The notes: a model not told the origin generated them from the sequence alone. A DNA stretch of 60,997 nt from a virus (IMGVR_UViG_3300031565_011186:1-60997), one strand, 5' to 3'. Numbered from the stretch's first letter, positions 19,501 through 28,098 are shown. Translations and numbers: made by a program.

Positions 19501-20190
19501 CAGGATGCGAACCAATCGACATACAACAACACGATTCATGGGATCGCCGCTCACCCGCTGAACCAGAATATCGTGATCGGAATCGGTGGCGTCTGGAACC
19601 ACAACCTCTCGCTCTACACGACGGCTGATGCGGCGGCGGCGGCACCTACGTTCACGAGGAGACAGGGCGACACCTATCTCGGATTGTTCCGTTATCAGAA
19701 ACACGCGATCTTGGCGAATGGTCGCGTCATTATTCTGTCCTATGTGACAGGCGCTTACTACTGTGACAATCCAACAGCGGCGACACCGACGATTACGGCC
19801 GCCACGACTCAATTCGTTGGCGCTACCTATAAGAACTGGACGCTGGCGCGCGGCAGTACAAATGACGTGCTGTTCGCATCTTATGGCAACGCGCTGAGTG
19901 GATACGTGGCTCGAAGCACGGACTTCGGCAAGAACTGGGTAACGCTGTTGCGCCATGGCAGTGCCTTACCGGACTTCCCGACGCTGTACAACGTCATCTC
20001 GTTGTACTACGACTCCGTGAAAGATACCTTGTACATCAGCGCGAATGGGTACCCGCAAATCTATATGCTGGCGTTCGCCAGCACCCGCGCAGCGCCGACA
20101 ACGGCTGCGGACTGGGTAGACATCAGCTACAACCTCGATACGGTGCTGGCTGGCGACGATGACATCGGCCCGCATGGGATCGCCCAATGA
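16564..20190 (+). CDS. Tail tip/baseplate hub protein with PKD domain and BNR (Asp-box) beta-propellers
   Basis: N-terminal hub; PKD motif TFDATPSYDVDGHIDSYLW...VTLTVTDNDG; five S/T-x-D-x-G-x-T/N-W repeats. Confidence 0.85.
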   Translation: MTTISDLYKFTDAKTHSWRIMIGAVTLTDVEDAGWDFKVGVIPTAFIKVPGRAPAAAVYQARVTIDTGFDGLMERQFTGIVQDVDPSEQGDTIRCVGESWPLDVNYHEVVYTFNNVTAHDALEDLFDDSGIEHFAVSVPAWTICSVLEQEHEWETYGEAITAIGEVDGCRWYELPTGTVRIHEQDPIPAATYWRTYFTGVLAPGYTMTWPAGTSEAVDGYPRIRNVGGQSRLRDCKNRARVMGAVIDTAGGHGTTDAVDITATAYAASPWVLNPDGSQAYNDLLFNSDLIDTDDKAGDVAVRLVVANNRLVMTVNVQIEGDPEMRLCRTVRIVDPAYSGINSRWYVEGYSSRINKDDFVTSLTLIGGPEAGSQVMIDPFAVFSYSIEREVIGDKEWATVTFDATPSYDVDGHIDSYLWSDNLGIIAGTDAVMNVRCDAETTTGWLVTLTVTDNDGLTNTLTIPVDVQPATNPDVFIPALFVAFGTHASGTPDGGVTWNDQALAGCISAGAKAADGVHSGIGCFGTSTGEIYRTTDCCATAPTLVLDNAGGGAGYPVNYIWWDLNQPTVVWAVTDNGSLYWSWDDGITWVLYDDLAALFGLVNIKCTRIGTPIGGSVWVFGGTGTGYPLIVRDPVVGSHNWAGVSLGTVANSELMADLDASAYPVDLYVADYADPGGYAAMILNSATHPTAVYGTDDIHGDGSHWKRATGLPAKTYGKWLSLDADPAKFAFGFNDNVNYVGDVTAGALAVAAAAASLDVGDFPNHGIWLGWWVNGKAGTYIVAAEATGTTAGTLYKTWDRFAHVGKIRPATGFTAPPAGAKAKMVAMGAPGTSVPGLTGLIVQQGALGSAAAATYQVAKLFGTWAPVSSNAEAASPKTLRRLGANLYRILAYEAENSYNGPQFGQLQRSPDGGVTWSNVGPAPLHAGGGTDEWGCNSVCIAANGYLFASYCGNAVSDIGGTYWGEIWRSTDDGVTWTRVYQDANQSTYNNTIHGIAAHPLNQNIVIGIGGVWNHNLSLYTTADAAAAAPTFTRRQGDTYLGLFRYQKHAILANGRVIILSYVTGAYYCDNPTAATPTITAATTQFVGATYKNWTLARGSTNDVLFASYGNALSGYVARSTDFGKNWVTLLRHGSALPDFPTLYNVISLYYDSVKDTLYISANGYPQIYMLAFASTRAAPTTAADWVDISYNLDTVLAGDDDIGPHGIAQ

Positions 20191-21869
20191 ACAACGAGAT
20201 CGACTGGCTGCACGAACGGATCGAGGAGCACGCGCGGGAACTGCGCCGGCTGAAGAAGTGGCGCAACACCGTCGGCTCGGGCGACCACATCCGCTCGACC
20301 GCCATCGTGGGCTCGACGCCGACGGGCGGCGGCGGCACGGGCATCGTCACGACCGCGCCCATGTGGTACCTCTGGCAAAACCAGTCGGGCGCGCTCCGGC
20401 AGCAGGGCACGCTCGTCACGCAGGCGGGCAACCGGACGTTCGGCGTCACCACGACGCCGGACGACGAGCTCGTGATAGGCGTGCTGGACGAGGCGGACGT
20501 GGCGGTCGGGGATGACGCCCTGGTGCGGCACATCGGCTTCCAGCCTGTGGTGCTCACACAGGGCGTTGTGGCGGCCGGACACTACCTCAGGGCATCCACT
20601 ACCGCAGGCCGCGCTGAAGACGCCGGAACGGCGCCTACGGCGGGCACGTTCGGCTGGGCGCTGACGGCCTCGGGCGGTGGCGCCTCCTCCGTCGTGGCCT
20701 TCATCGACACCGGCCTCCGTCACCCCCTCAGCGGCGGCGGCGGTATGTCCGGCACGGCCAACCTGTACGTCGACGGCGAGCTGTTCTGCTCCAGCCTCGA
20801 CCTGAACATGGAGGAGGGCGAGGGGATCTGGATCTCCGGCTCCTGCGCGGGCGGCATCGGCACCTGGAAGGTCGGGGCCTACGCCACCGCGCCCTCCAGC
20901 GGCGGCATGAGCGGCGTATCGGTCGCACTGGACGGGACGGACTTCTGCTTCGCGGGCGGCCTGGACTTCCATCAGGGCAGCGGCGTGTGGATCTCGGGCA
21001 CGTGCGCTGGCGGGCAGGCCGACGTGACGGTCGGGGCCTACGCGCTGCCGGCCCCCACGTCCATCTCGGGCGTCGACTGGGGGGCCAACGAAGGGCACCT
21101 GGGCTTCGGGAATGCGGCAGACTTCCGAGAGGGCGCGGGTGTCTGGATCAGCGGCACGTTCGTCGACGGCGAGGCCATCTTCGACGTCGGGGCCTACCCC
21201 GCCGACGCGCCGCCTACGTCCATCTCCGGCGTTGACGTACTGCTGGAGGACGGCGAGGTCTGCTTCGCCCGCGCGCTCGACCTGCACCAGGGCCAGGGCA
21301 TCTGGATTTCGGGCTCCTGCGCCGACCAGGAAGCCGAGATGACCTTCGGGGCCTATCCTGCAGCGCCTCCGCCCACCTCGATCTCCGGCGTCGATTGGTG
21401 GGCGGGCGGCATGCCGCTGGCGTTCGATAACGAGGTCGACATTCGGGGCGGGCCTGGAGTCTGGATATCAGGGAGCGTTGTCGATGATCGGCCGGTCTAC
21501 CTAGTCGGCTCCTATGAGACCTATTCCCCGCACGCGATCGTACTCACCGTCGCGGGGATGGTGAGCGGCTGCTACTCGAACGTGGCCGATTTCCCCCTAC
21601 CGGCGCCCTTCGACTTCTACCTGCGCGAGTTGAGGATCAAGGCCCGTACGGCACCATCGTTCGCCACCGTCTTCCGCGCCACGGCGGATGATGCCAGCCT
21701 CGGCGAGATCACCTTGCCCAGCGGCACCGTCCACGCCTATAGCGACTGCGCCGACGTGTGGATCAGCGGCGGCAGCAACCTCGACCTCGACCTGCGGTCG
21801 GCCAATTGGACAGGCGAGAACTTCGCTGTCCTGCTGGTCGGCTGGGCACTGAATGGGGCGTGGGCATGA
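20187..21869 (+). CDS. Tail fibre/minor virion protein with five ~53-aa repeats
   Basis: N-terminal coiled coil, cement-like domain, repeats SISGVD...G(I/V)WISG(S/T)...GAY. Confidence 0.7.
   Translation: MNNEIDWLHERIEEHARELRRLKKWRNTVGSGDHIRSTAIVGSTPTGGGGTGIVTTAPMWYLWQNQSGALRQQGTLVTQAGNRTFGVTTTPDDELVIGVLDEADVAVGDDALVRHIGFQPVVLTQGVVAAGHYLRASTTAGRAEDAGTAPTAGTFGWALTASGGGASSVVAFIDTGLRHPLSGGGGMSGTANLYVDGELFCSSLDLNMEEGEGIWISGSCAGGIGTWKVGAYATAPSSGGMSGVSVALDGTDFCFAGGLDFHQGSGVWISGTCAGGQADVTVGAYALPAPTSISGVDWGANEGHLGFGNAADFREGAGVWISGTFVDGEAIFDVGAYPADAPPTSISGVDVLLEDGEVCFARALDLHQGQGIWISGSCADQEAEMTFGAYPAAPPPTSISGVDWWAGGMPLAFDNEVDIRGGPGVWISGSVVDDRPVYLVGSYETYSPHAIVLTVAGMVSGCYSNVADFPLPAPFDFYLRELRIKARTAPSFATVFRATADDASLGEITLPSGTVHAYSDCADVWISGGSNLDLDLRSANWTGENFAVLLVGWALNGAWA
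20745..21515 (+). repeat. Five tandem protein-coding repeats (WISG/SISG)
   Basis: Visible in translation and as recurring TGGAT(C/T/A) followed by a Ser-Gly codon pair. Confidence 0.85.
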
Positions 21870-22414
21870 CCGTCCGCCTGGCGACGGAGAAAGACCTCGA
21901 CGTGCTGTCGACGATGCTGGCCGACATGGGCCAGGTATGGAGCGACGCGGCCATCCTGCGGGCCGTCAAAGATCCCTGGATCACTATGATCCATGAATCG
22001 GCCAAGGGCCAGCGCGACGGCTTCTATATCGCACAACCGCTCGAAGGCAAACTGGGCAGCGCCCTACTCGGCCCCGCAGACGGCCCGCACGATAGCCACG
22101 AGGCCTGGCTCCGTGCCATCTGTGAAATGGGGCTGGCCATCGAAGACGAGGAAACCAGGCGCCGGCCCAAGATCGATCCCGCCGAATGCTGGTCAGTCAC
22201 GCGCATGTGGACAACCGTGGGGCCGCTTCGGGACACGATTGATAGCCGGATGGCTTTCGAAATGCGCGACGGGGCTGGTAAGCAGGGCTTCGATGATGTG
22301 GCCGACCTAAAGGATGCCAAAGGCAAGGTGATTGCAGCCGGCGTCCGCACCTACTGGTATCGTCGGCCTGCGCTCGTAGCGCGCGCCAAGGCGTTCCTGG
22401 CGGGGCTAAAATGA
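21866..22414 (+). CDS. Hypothetical protein, GNAT-like N-terminus
   Basis: TVRLATEKDLDVL start; coupled to both neighbours. Confidence 0.55.
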   Translation: MTVRLATEKDLDVLSTMLADMGQVWSDAAILRAVKDPWITMIHESAKGQRDGFYIAQPLEGKLGSALLGPADGPHDSHEAWLRAICEMGLAIEDEETRRRPKIDPAECWSVTRMWTTVGPLRDTIDSRMAFEMRDGAGKQGFDDVADLKDAKGKVIAAGVRTYWYRRPALVARAKAFLAGLK

Positions 22415-23613
22415 CGTTGGTGTGGAACGCCTTCCAGGGCGGCGAAACGCGCGATCCCCTTTCGGATGGCTGGACGGACAACAACCATAACTTCATGAAG
22501 ACCTCTGACGATGCAGGGGTCAAGACCTACATCGTGACGGCACCTGTAATTACGGGGTCGGGCGCAATCAAGATCGGCGTCCCTGGCTGGTACGGCAACA
22601 CGGGCGCATTACTTAGCGCACCCGCCGGTAAGGTAGTCGTCATTGAAGCTTGGCTATGCCTGGATGGGCCGCCTCCAGCCGCCTTTCTCCTCCTGGGCGA
22701 TAGATTCTGGCCGGCGATCGACCTCTACTGTGGCGCTAACCGCAGGCTCCAACTTAGGAAACCGACGGGGGCCGTGAGCCCCTGGTCACGTACGCCCTTG
22801 GCGACCGATGCCGCCACGCTCAAGCACGTCGTCTGGATTATTGATCCCCTGACCCTGGGTACGGCCCACGTGTTGCACTATCTCCTGATCGATTCGGTGC
22901 TGCAGTGGGCCGTTGACGCTGGCCCTGAGCCGATATATGACAGCATCTACCAGGTGCGCGTCAACTCGGATGGGCACGTTTCGATCTACGCGGACGATGT
23001 TTGCGCTGCCTATTCCACCGACCCCGCTGACGCTCCCCACCTAGCCCGCGTTCCCATAGGCAGGGTCGCCGCCCAGCACCCCGCCGGTGCTGGCATTAAC
23101 GCAGCCTGGGGCCTCTTTCCGAACGCCGGCGAAAGCGCCCACCAGGATTGGGATGACCCGACAGGCAACGATGGCGACAGTACCTACCTATTCGCGGGCA
23201 TCCCCAACAAGCTACACGATTCCGCGATGCAATCGGCCGATGCTTTAGGTTGGGCGGCGGGCGCTGCGATCCTGCGTTCTCCCGCCTATACGATCATCCA
23301 CAGGACGGTATCGGGGTCGAAGTTCAACGGCCAGACGCTTTGTAGTCTGGCCGCCCCTGAGATCATATCGGGGCCTGATACGGCCTATGTGGCGTGGGGC
23401 GCGGCACTACCTCGGTCGGCTGGCTCTTGGGCCAGGGCCGACCTGGGAACTCTTACGGTAGGCGCCCAAACAGGGATCACTAACCACGATAAGGAATGGC
23501 GAGTGACCGCGCTGATGATGCAGTGGCTCTATGCAGAAGCCTACCTGCCCCTCTTACCGGCCGGACGCGCTGGCCGGCGCTATGCGCCGCTAGGCTACAG
23601 CCAGGTCGTTTGA
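22411..23613 (+). CDS. Putative minor virion/receptor-binding protein
   Basis: 400 aa, beta-rich, lower GC, IYADD and PAGAG...W...D-type virion motifs. Confidence 0.55.
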   Translation: MTLVWNAFQGGETRDPLSDGWTDNNHNFMKTSDDAGVKTYIVTAPVITGSGAIKIGVPGWYGNTGALLSAPAGKVVVIEAWLCLDGPPPAAFLLLGDRFWPAIDLYCGANRRLQLRKPTGAVSPWSRTPLATDAATLKHVVWIIDPLTLGTAHVLHYLLIDSVLQWAVDAGPEPIYDSIYQVRVNSDGHVSIYADDVCAAYSTDPADAPHLARVPIGRVAAQHPAGAGINAAWGLFPNAGESAHQDWDDPTGNDGDSTYLFAGIPNKLHDSAMQSADALGWAAGAAILRSPAYTIIHRTVSGSKFNGQTLCSLAAPEIISGPDTAYVAWGAALPRSAGSWARADLGTLTVGAQTGITNHDKEWRVTALMMQWLYAEAYLPLLPAGRAGRRYAPLGYSQVV

Positions 23614-23639
23614 TGTCCCTTCTCCCGCGACGCGGCCCG

Positions 23640-23658
23640 TGCTATGATGGCGCCAATG
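23640..23658 (+). promoter_or_regulatory. Extended -10 promoter (TGcTATGAT), leaderless sigma transcript
   Basis: TATGAT at 23643-23648, 7 nt before ATG 23656, no SD. Confidence 0.5.
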
Positions 23659-24180
23659 GAAAATATCGCGGTCGGTGATCTACTGACTTTGCCCGAAGTC
23701 ATCGGCATGATCGAGGCAGCGGCGCGGCGCGCCGGCATCCACGATGGGATCGGCAACCTTGACGAAGAGGACGTGCGGTCAGAACTGACCTGCGTTGCCC
23801 TCGTGGCGGCGCGGGACTTCGACCCGACGTCAAAGGCCCGCTTCACGACCTACCTCTGGCCTCGTCTCCTCGGCGCCACTTACGACCTCCTCCGCCGTCA
23901 CGGCCGGCACAACCGTTCAGGCTACCCCCGCCTGGTGTTGGCGCCCATCGAGGCGGCGGCCTCCGCCTCCATCCCCGAGACTCATCCTGACGACACGATC
24001 GATCTGAATGACGCGATCTCGCGCCTGCCGTCGGCTGAGCGTGTGGCCTTACTGATGCGCGAATACGGACAGCAGCCGGCCACAGCGATCGCGGCCCTTG
24101 TCGGCGGTGACAAGACTTCCGCGCGCCTGCTCTCGCGTCAGGCGGTTCGTCGTCTGCGCGTAGGGCTGGGATCCGATTAG
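23656..24180 (+). CDS. RNA polymerase sigma factor, FliA/WhiG-like region 2 plus region 4
   Basis: DFDPTSKARFTTYLWPRLLGATYDLLR (region 2); LNDAISRLPSAER...IAALVG...QAVRRLR (region 4). Confidence 0.85.
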   Translation: MENIAVGDLLTLPEVIGMIEAAARRAGIHDGIGNLDEEDVRSELTCVALVAARDFDPTSKARFTTYLWPRLLGATYDLLRRHGRHNRSGYPRLVLAPIEAAASASIPETHPDDTIDLNDAISRLPSAERVALLMREYGQQPATAIAALVGGDKTSARLLSRQAVRRLRVGLGSD

Positions 24181-24190
24181 GATCCGATCG

Positions 24191-24201
24191 GTCGACAATA
24201 G
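24191..24201 (+). promoter_or_regulatory. Putative late promoter motif (GTCGACAATAG)
   Basis: Variant of the late motif, upstream of the lysis cassette. Confidence 0.5.
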
Positions 24202-24219
24202 CAGCAGGAGGAACGGCGA

Positions 24220-24618
24220 ATGCAAGGACGCAAGCGGCCTGCTCCTGCCGAACCCGCCCAGCCAACGCCACCGCTCGAGGTCTCCGTGGCCCGTCTCCAG
24301 GAGAGGGTCGACGGCTTCCAGACCACGACTTTCCCTATGTTCTGCAAGAGCCTGGATGACCGCATAAAGGGCTTCGACGGCCGCCTGGGCGCCATCGATG
24401 ACAAACTCGAGAAGGTAGTGCTCAAGAATGGCGAGTTCGACAAGGTGAAGAAGATGGCGGAGGAGTGGGCGGCCTCGAACCTTCGGAGGGAGGGCGCCGT
24501 CGGCCTCTTCAAGATCTCCTGGAGGGTGTTGGCCTGTTGCGCGGGCCTGGCCGGAGCTGCGGGCGTCTCGGGCAGCGGCTTCCTCTGGCTGCTCGGGAGG
24601 ATCACCGGCCATATCTAG
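24220..24618 (+). CDS. Membrane-anchored coiled-coil protein (holin-associated)
   Basis: Coiled coil plus C-terminal hydrophobic helix; AGGAGG RBS. Confidence 0.6.
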   Translation: MQGRKRPAPAEPAQPTPPLEVSVARLQERVDGFQTTTFPMFCKSLDDRIKGFDGRLGAIDDKLEKVVLKNGEFDKVKKMAEEWAASNLRREGAVGLFKISWRVLACCAGLAGAAGVSGSGFLWLLGRITGHI

Positions 24619-24626
24619 GAGGGAAG

Positions 24627-24881
24627 ATGAACGATTTCCCCCCGCACTGCCTCTGGACGGTCTGGGTCACCGTCGTCGTGCTGGTCGCCGCCTGGGGCCT
24701 GCTCCTCGAACTCGCCCCGATCTTCATGGGGCACCCCGACCTGACCCTCTCCTGGATCCTCTGGGATCATTTCAAGTTCATCCCGCCGGTCGTCTACTTC
24801 GCCCTCGGCGGCATGAACATCGGCGTCACGGTCTGGGCCATGTGGATCCACTTCCCCTCGGGCGGAAGGTGGGGGATCTGA
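24627..24881 (+). CDS. Putative holin (2 TM)
   Basis: 84 aa with two hydrophobic segments, near the endolysin. Confidence 0.55.
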   Translation: MNDFPPHCLWTVWVTVVVLVAAWGLLLELAPIFMGHPDLTLSWILWDHFKFIPPVVYFALGGMNIGVTVWAMWIHFPSGGRWGI

Positions 24882-25225
24882 TGCAACTGCTCGTCGAGAT
24901 CTCCAGCAGGAAGCAGACGGTCGCCCAGAAGTGGACAGCGGCTGGTGCGCGCGCCTTCGTCGAGGACGCGGTCAAGGCCTCCGGCTTGACGCCCTTCGGC
25001 GATCTAGCCCTCCATGAGGATGCCGAGCGCGTCATGGCCATGCAGATGATCGCGGAGAGCCACATCGCCGTCCACCTCTATCTCGGCGCGGGCCGCGGCT
25101 ACGTCGACGTCTTCTCGTGCAAGAACTTCGACCTGCCCACGATGGTTGGCCTAGTCGCCTCCTCCTTCTGCGGCAAGGGCAGCAGCCTCTACCCCGACGT
25201 CCATGACCGCGGGAGGCTGCCGTGA
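24881..25225 (+). CDS. speD: S-adenosylmethionine decarboxylase-like pyruvoyl enzyme
   Basis: IAESHIAVH autocleavage motif and YVDVFSCKNFD. Confidence 0.85.
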   Translation: MQLLVEISSRKQTVAQKWTAAGARAFVEDAVKASGLTPFGDLALHEDAERVMAMQMIAESHIAVHLYLGAGRGYVDVFSCKNFDLPTMVGLVASSFCGKGSSLYPDVHDRGRLP

Positions 25226-25986
25226 CGCTGGCCGTCGACATGAGCAGTTGGGGCGGGCCCATCACGTCGGCGAAGGTCGAGAGCCTCTGGCAGGCCGGCG
25301 CCCGCCGCGCGATCGTCGGCGTCAGTGACGTGGAGCTCGCGCGGCAGCAGTTGACGCTGACCGCCGAGCGCGGGATGGAGATCCAGGCCTACTCCTACAT
25401 GTACTGGGGCGCCAACAATGAGGAACGCCTCGACCGCGTCAGGCGCGCCGCCCAGGGTCTGCCGCTCGCCTTCGTCTGGCCGGACTTCGAAGATAAGAAC
25501 GCGCCGCTCGACGACCCCGCGGGCGTCATCTCCTGGATGCGCGGCTGTATGGCCCTGGCCGAGCGCCTGGGCCTGCCGGTCGGCGTCTACACTGCCGCCT
25601 GGTGGTGGCGTTCCTGGGCCCGCAACACCGCCGCCTTCGCGCACTATCCTCTCTGGGTCGCCCAATATGACGAGTGGCCCGTGCTGACGATGACGCCGTT
25701 CGGCGGCTGGACTGAGTGCGCGATGAAGCAGTACAAAGGGACGACGGTGCTCGGCTCCAAGCCGAACGACTACAGCGTCGACCTCAATTTCTACCTTGGA
25801 GGTGGCCCGATGCCCGAAGAAGTTGTCGACGAGAAGGCCCGCCGCGCGGCCGCCCAGGATGCCTTCCGGCAGCACATCGCCGGCCTGTTCCTGAGCGGCG
25901 ACCCCGCCCTGGCTGACAGGGTCTACTGGGAACTTCAGTACGTGCGCCTCTGCGCCGGCCTGCCGATCGTCCAGCCGCCTCAGTGA
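25222..25986 (+). CDS. Endolysin, GH25-like muramidase
   Basis: AVDMSSW, DFE, GVYT..WW, LWVAQY, KQY, VDLN. Confidence 0.85.
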   Translation: MTLAVDMSSWGGPITSAKVESLWQAGARRAIVGVSDVELARQQLTLTAERGMEIQAYSYMYWGANNEERLDRVRRAAQGLPLAFVWPDFEDKNAPLDDPAGVISWMRGCMALAERLGLPVGVYTAAWWWRSWARNTAAFAHYPLWVAQYDEWPVLTMTPFGGWTECAMKQYKGTTVLGSKPNDYSVDLNFYLGGGPMPEEVVDEKARRAAAQDAFRQHIAGLFLSGDPALADRVYWELQYVRLCAGLPIVQPPQ

Positions 25987-26174
25987 CGACCCTCTTCTAT
26001 CGCGGCGCCCAGATCCGCGACGTTGCCGGCGAGTCCGGCCGCGTCTATCACTGCGAGCCCCGCGCCTTCATCGAGGTCGACGACCAGGACGTGCCGCGCC
26101 TCCTCCGGATGCCGAAAGGCCGATGCGGCTGCGGCCGGATGTTCGAGCGGAGATCGCCGCGCCGACCCCCTTGA
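25983..26174 (+). CDS. Small Cys-containing protein (paralog of 59042-59245)
   Basis: SGRVYH...IEVDDQDVPRLL...CGCGRMFE. Confidence 0.7.
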   Translation: MTTLFYRGAQIRDVAGESGRVYHCEPRAFIEVDDQDVPRLLRMPKGRCGCGRMFERRSPRRPP

Positions 26175-26200
26175 CCTAAGCCCGCCGTCACGGCTACACT
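26171..26200 (+). promoter_or_regulatory. Sigma70-type promoter with operator B
   Basis: TTGACC-18-TACACT; palindrome GCCGTCACGGC at 26184-26194. Confidence 0.75.
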
Positions 26201-26251
26201 CCACGACGATCGGTCAGCCGGCATTCAGGCCGATCATGGAGGAGCGGCGTC

Positions 26252-26665
26252 ATGAGCAAGGGCCCATGGGATCAGCGCGGGCAAGGCTCCTGGGACTTCA
26301 CCGAGCAGCAGTATCGTCAGGTCATCGACTACCTGAAGGCCAACCACGTCGGCGTCCAGAACGCCGTCCTGACGCGCGACCTGGCCGCGGTCTTCCCTGG
26401 CGTCGAGGGGCGGGCCCTCAGGGGAATCCAGGCCAAGGCTGACGGCGTCGAGGCGGTACTGTGCAGCGGCGACTGGGGCGTCTTCGTGGCTGAGTATCAG
26501 GAGGACGCTGAGCGGTCAGCCGCGCGCCTCTTCTCTCAGGCCCGCAAGATGAACAGCCGCGGCCGGCGCAAGTTGCAGTTCGCGATGGAGCAACTACCGC
26601 GCCGGCAGGAGACGATGCTGCCACCAGCGGAGGAGCCCGAGGACAATGCCCCAGACGAGTTCTGA
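26252..26665 (+). CDS. Hypothetical protein, possible winged-HTH
   Basis: GGAGG RBS; IDYLKANHVG..NA...RDLA...GRALR pattern. Confidence 0.6.
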   Translation: MSKGPWDQRGQGSWDFTEQQYRQVIDYLKANHVGVQNAVLTRDLAAVFPGVEGRALRGIQAKADGVEAVLCSGDWGVFVAEYQEDAERSAARLFSQARKMNSRGRRKLQFAMEQLPRRQETMLPPAEEPEDNAPDEF

Positions 26666-27056
26666 CCGCGACCGCGCGGTAGATCGCTCCCTGACGCGCC
26701 GCGGTGGCCAACCGCGCCTGATCTGTGAGGAGTGCGGCTCAGCGCTCCTGCGCCGCAGCGGGGCCCCCGTGTGTGGCAAGGACGCGGCTCACGGGGGATT
26801 CGTCGAGGCTCCCTCTCACGCGGATCAGGTGGTGCTCGGCCGCCTGCGCCACGCCCACGCGGACAAGATCTTGGACTCCCTGACTGAGGCGCGGCGGCGC
26901 CGGCTCGGGTTCTTGATCCTGCGCCTTCACAACTGGGGATCCCACCAACATTGCCGCTGGCTCGCGGCGGTCGGAGTGAGTATAGTGTGCGACGCCGCGG
27001 CGCCCAGACCGCGGCCGATCGACAACCTCTGGGGAAAGGAATCGGAGGATGCCTAA
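26646..27056 (+). CDS. Hypothetical zinc-ribbon protein
   Basis: CEECG...C....HGG; 3' half uncertain. Confidence 0.4.
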   Translation: MPQTSSDRDRAVDRSLTRRGGQPRLICEECGSALLRRSGAPVCGKDAAHGGFVEAPSHADQVVLGRLRHAHADKILDSLTEARRRRLGFLILRLHNWGSHQHCRWLAAVGVSIVCDAAAPRPRPIDNLWGKESEDA

Positions 27057-28098
27057 CGATGAAGAGGCCACAGCACTGGTCGGTTTCCAGCCCAGGCCCC
27101 TGACCGAGGCCAACGTCAAGCAGGCGGTCGACTTCTTCTCCAGCGCCGATCTGGAAGGCTGGAATAAGCTGCCGGTCGCCACCAGACAGAGTTTCGCCAA
27201 GACCGCCGTCGCCCTGGGCCTGCACCCGCTGACGGGCGAGATCATGGTCTACAAGGGGAAGCTCTTCATCACCATCGACGGCCGCCGCCGCCTGGCCATG
27301 CGGGCGCCGGACTTCGCGGCCGTCCAACCCGAGATCATTAGCGACCCAACTGTCCGCAGATCGATGGGTGCCAGATGGCCTGGCGATATCCTGGCCAAGT
27401 GCGTCGTCTACCGGAAGAGCACGCCCATGCCGACGATCCAGTTCGGCCTCGTCCGCGAGGCGGAGCGGTATCCCAGCGACCGCGAGCGGGAGCAGTTGGG
27501 CATTACCGTGCCCAAGGTGCAGGAGGCCCGTGCTGCCCACGACCCCGACATGATCATGGACGCCTGCACCAATCCCGAGGCGAAGGTGCGGCCGGTCATT
27601 ACCCAGCCCGCGATCATGGCGATGAAGCGCGCCGAGGCGCGTTGCCTGAACATCATCGCCCAGGCGCCCCTGCCGACCTTCGACACTGAACTGGACACGC
27701 CCGTCGAGGAAGAGGCCAACGGCGATCCTGAGGTCATCGAGTCGACGGGGCGGGAGATCCCCATCGAGGAGGAAGCACGGCCCGACGAGGCGCCGGTGAA
27801 AGAGGCGGCAGAGCCGACTACCCCCGCTGACGTCCCGACGTCGGAGACGACGACGGCCACGCCAACGACGAATCCCAGGCCGGCCGCGCCGATGCCGAAG
27901 GCCGAGCCGGCCCAGCGCGGTCGGGGCGGCGTGCTGAACCCGCCCGAGACGCCCCAGAAGCTGCTGCAGTTCGCCGTCCAGCACCTCGGCTTCAGGAACC
28001 ACGCCGCCGTGCTGACTGCGCTCGGCGTCAAGGACATCACGGAGGTCATCGATCTAGTGACTGCCTGGAACACGCTCTGCGACCTGCAGGGGAAGTAG
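27049..28098 (+). CDS. RecT/Red-beta-like single-strand annealing protein
   Basis: LGLHPLTGEI, ITIDG.RRLA, PAIMAMKRAEARCL, low-complexity C-terminal linker. Confidence 0.75.
   Translation: MPNDEEATALVGFQPRPLTEANVKQAVDFFSSADLEGWNKLPVATRQSFAKTAVALGLHPLTGEIMVYKGKLFITIDGRRRLAMRAPDFAAVQPEIISDPTVRRSMGARWPGDILAKCVVYRKSTPMPTIQFGLVREAERYPSDREREQLGITVPKVQEARAAHDPDMIMDACTNPEAKVRPVITQPAIMAMKRAEARCLNIIAQAPLPTFDTELDTPVEEEANGDPEVIESTGREIPIEEEARPDEAPVKEAAEPTTPADVPTSETTTATPTTNPRPAAPMPKAEPAQRGRGGVLNPPETPQKLLQFAVQHLGFRNHAAVLTALGVKDITEVIDLVTAWNTLCDLQGK

Noticed and set aside
20745-21515. CRISPR-like periodic repeats
   Set aside because: Degenerate in-frame protein repeats, not identical repeats with unique spacers; no cas genes
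19080-23613. Diversity-generating retroelement targeting tail genes
   Set aside because: No reverse transcriptase and no template/variable repeat pair seen
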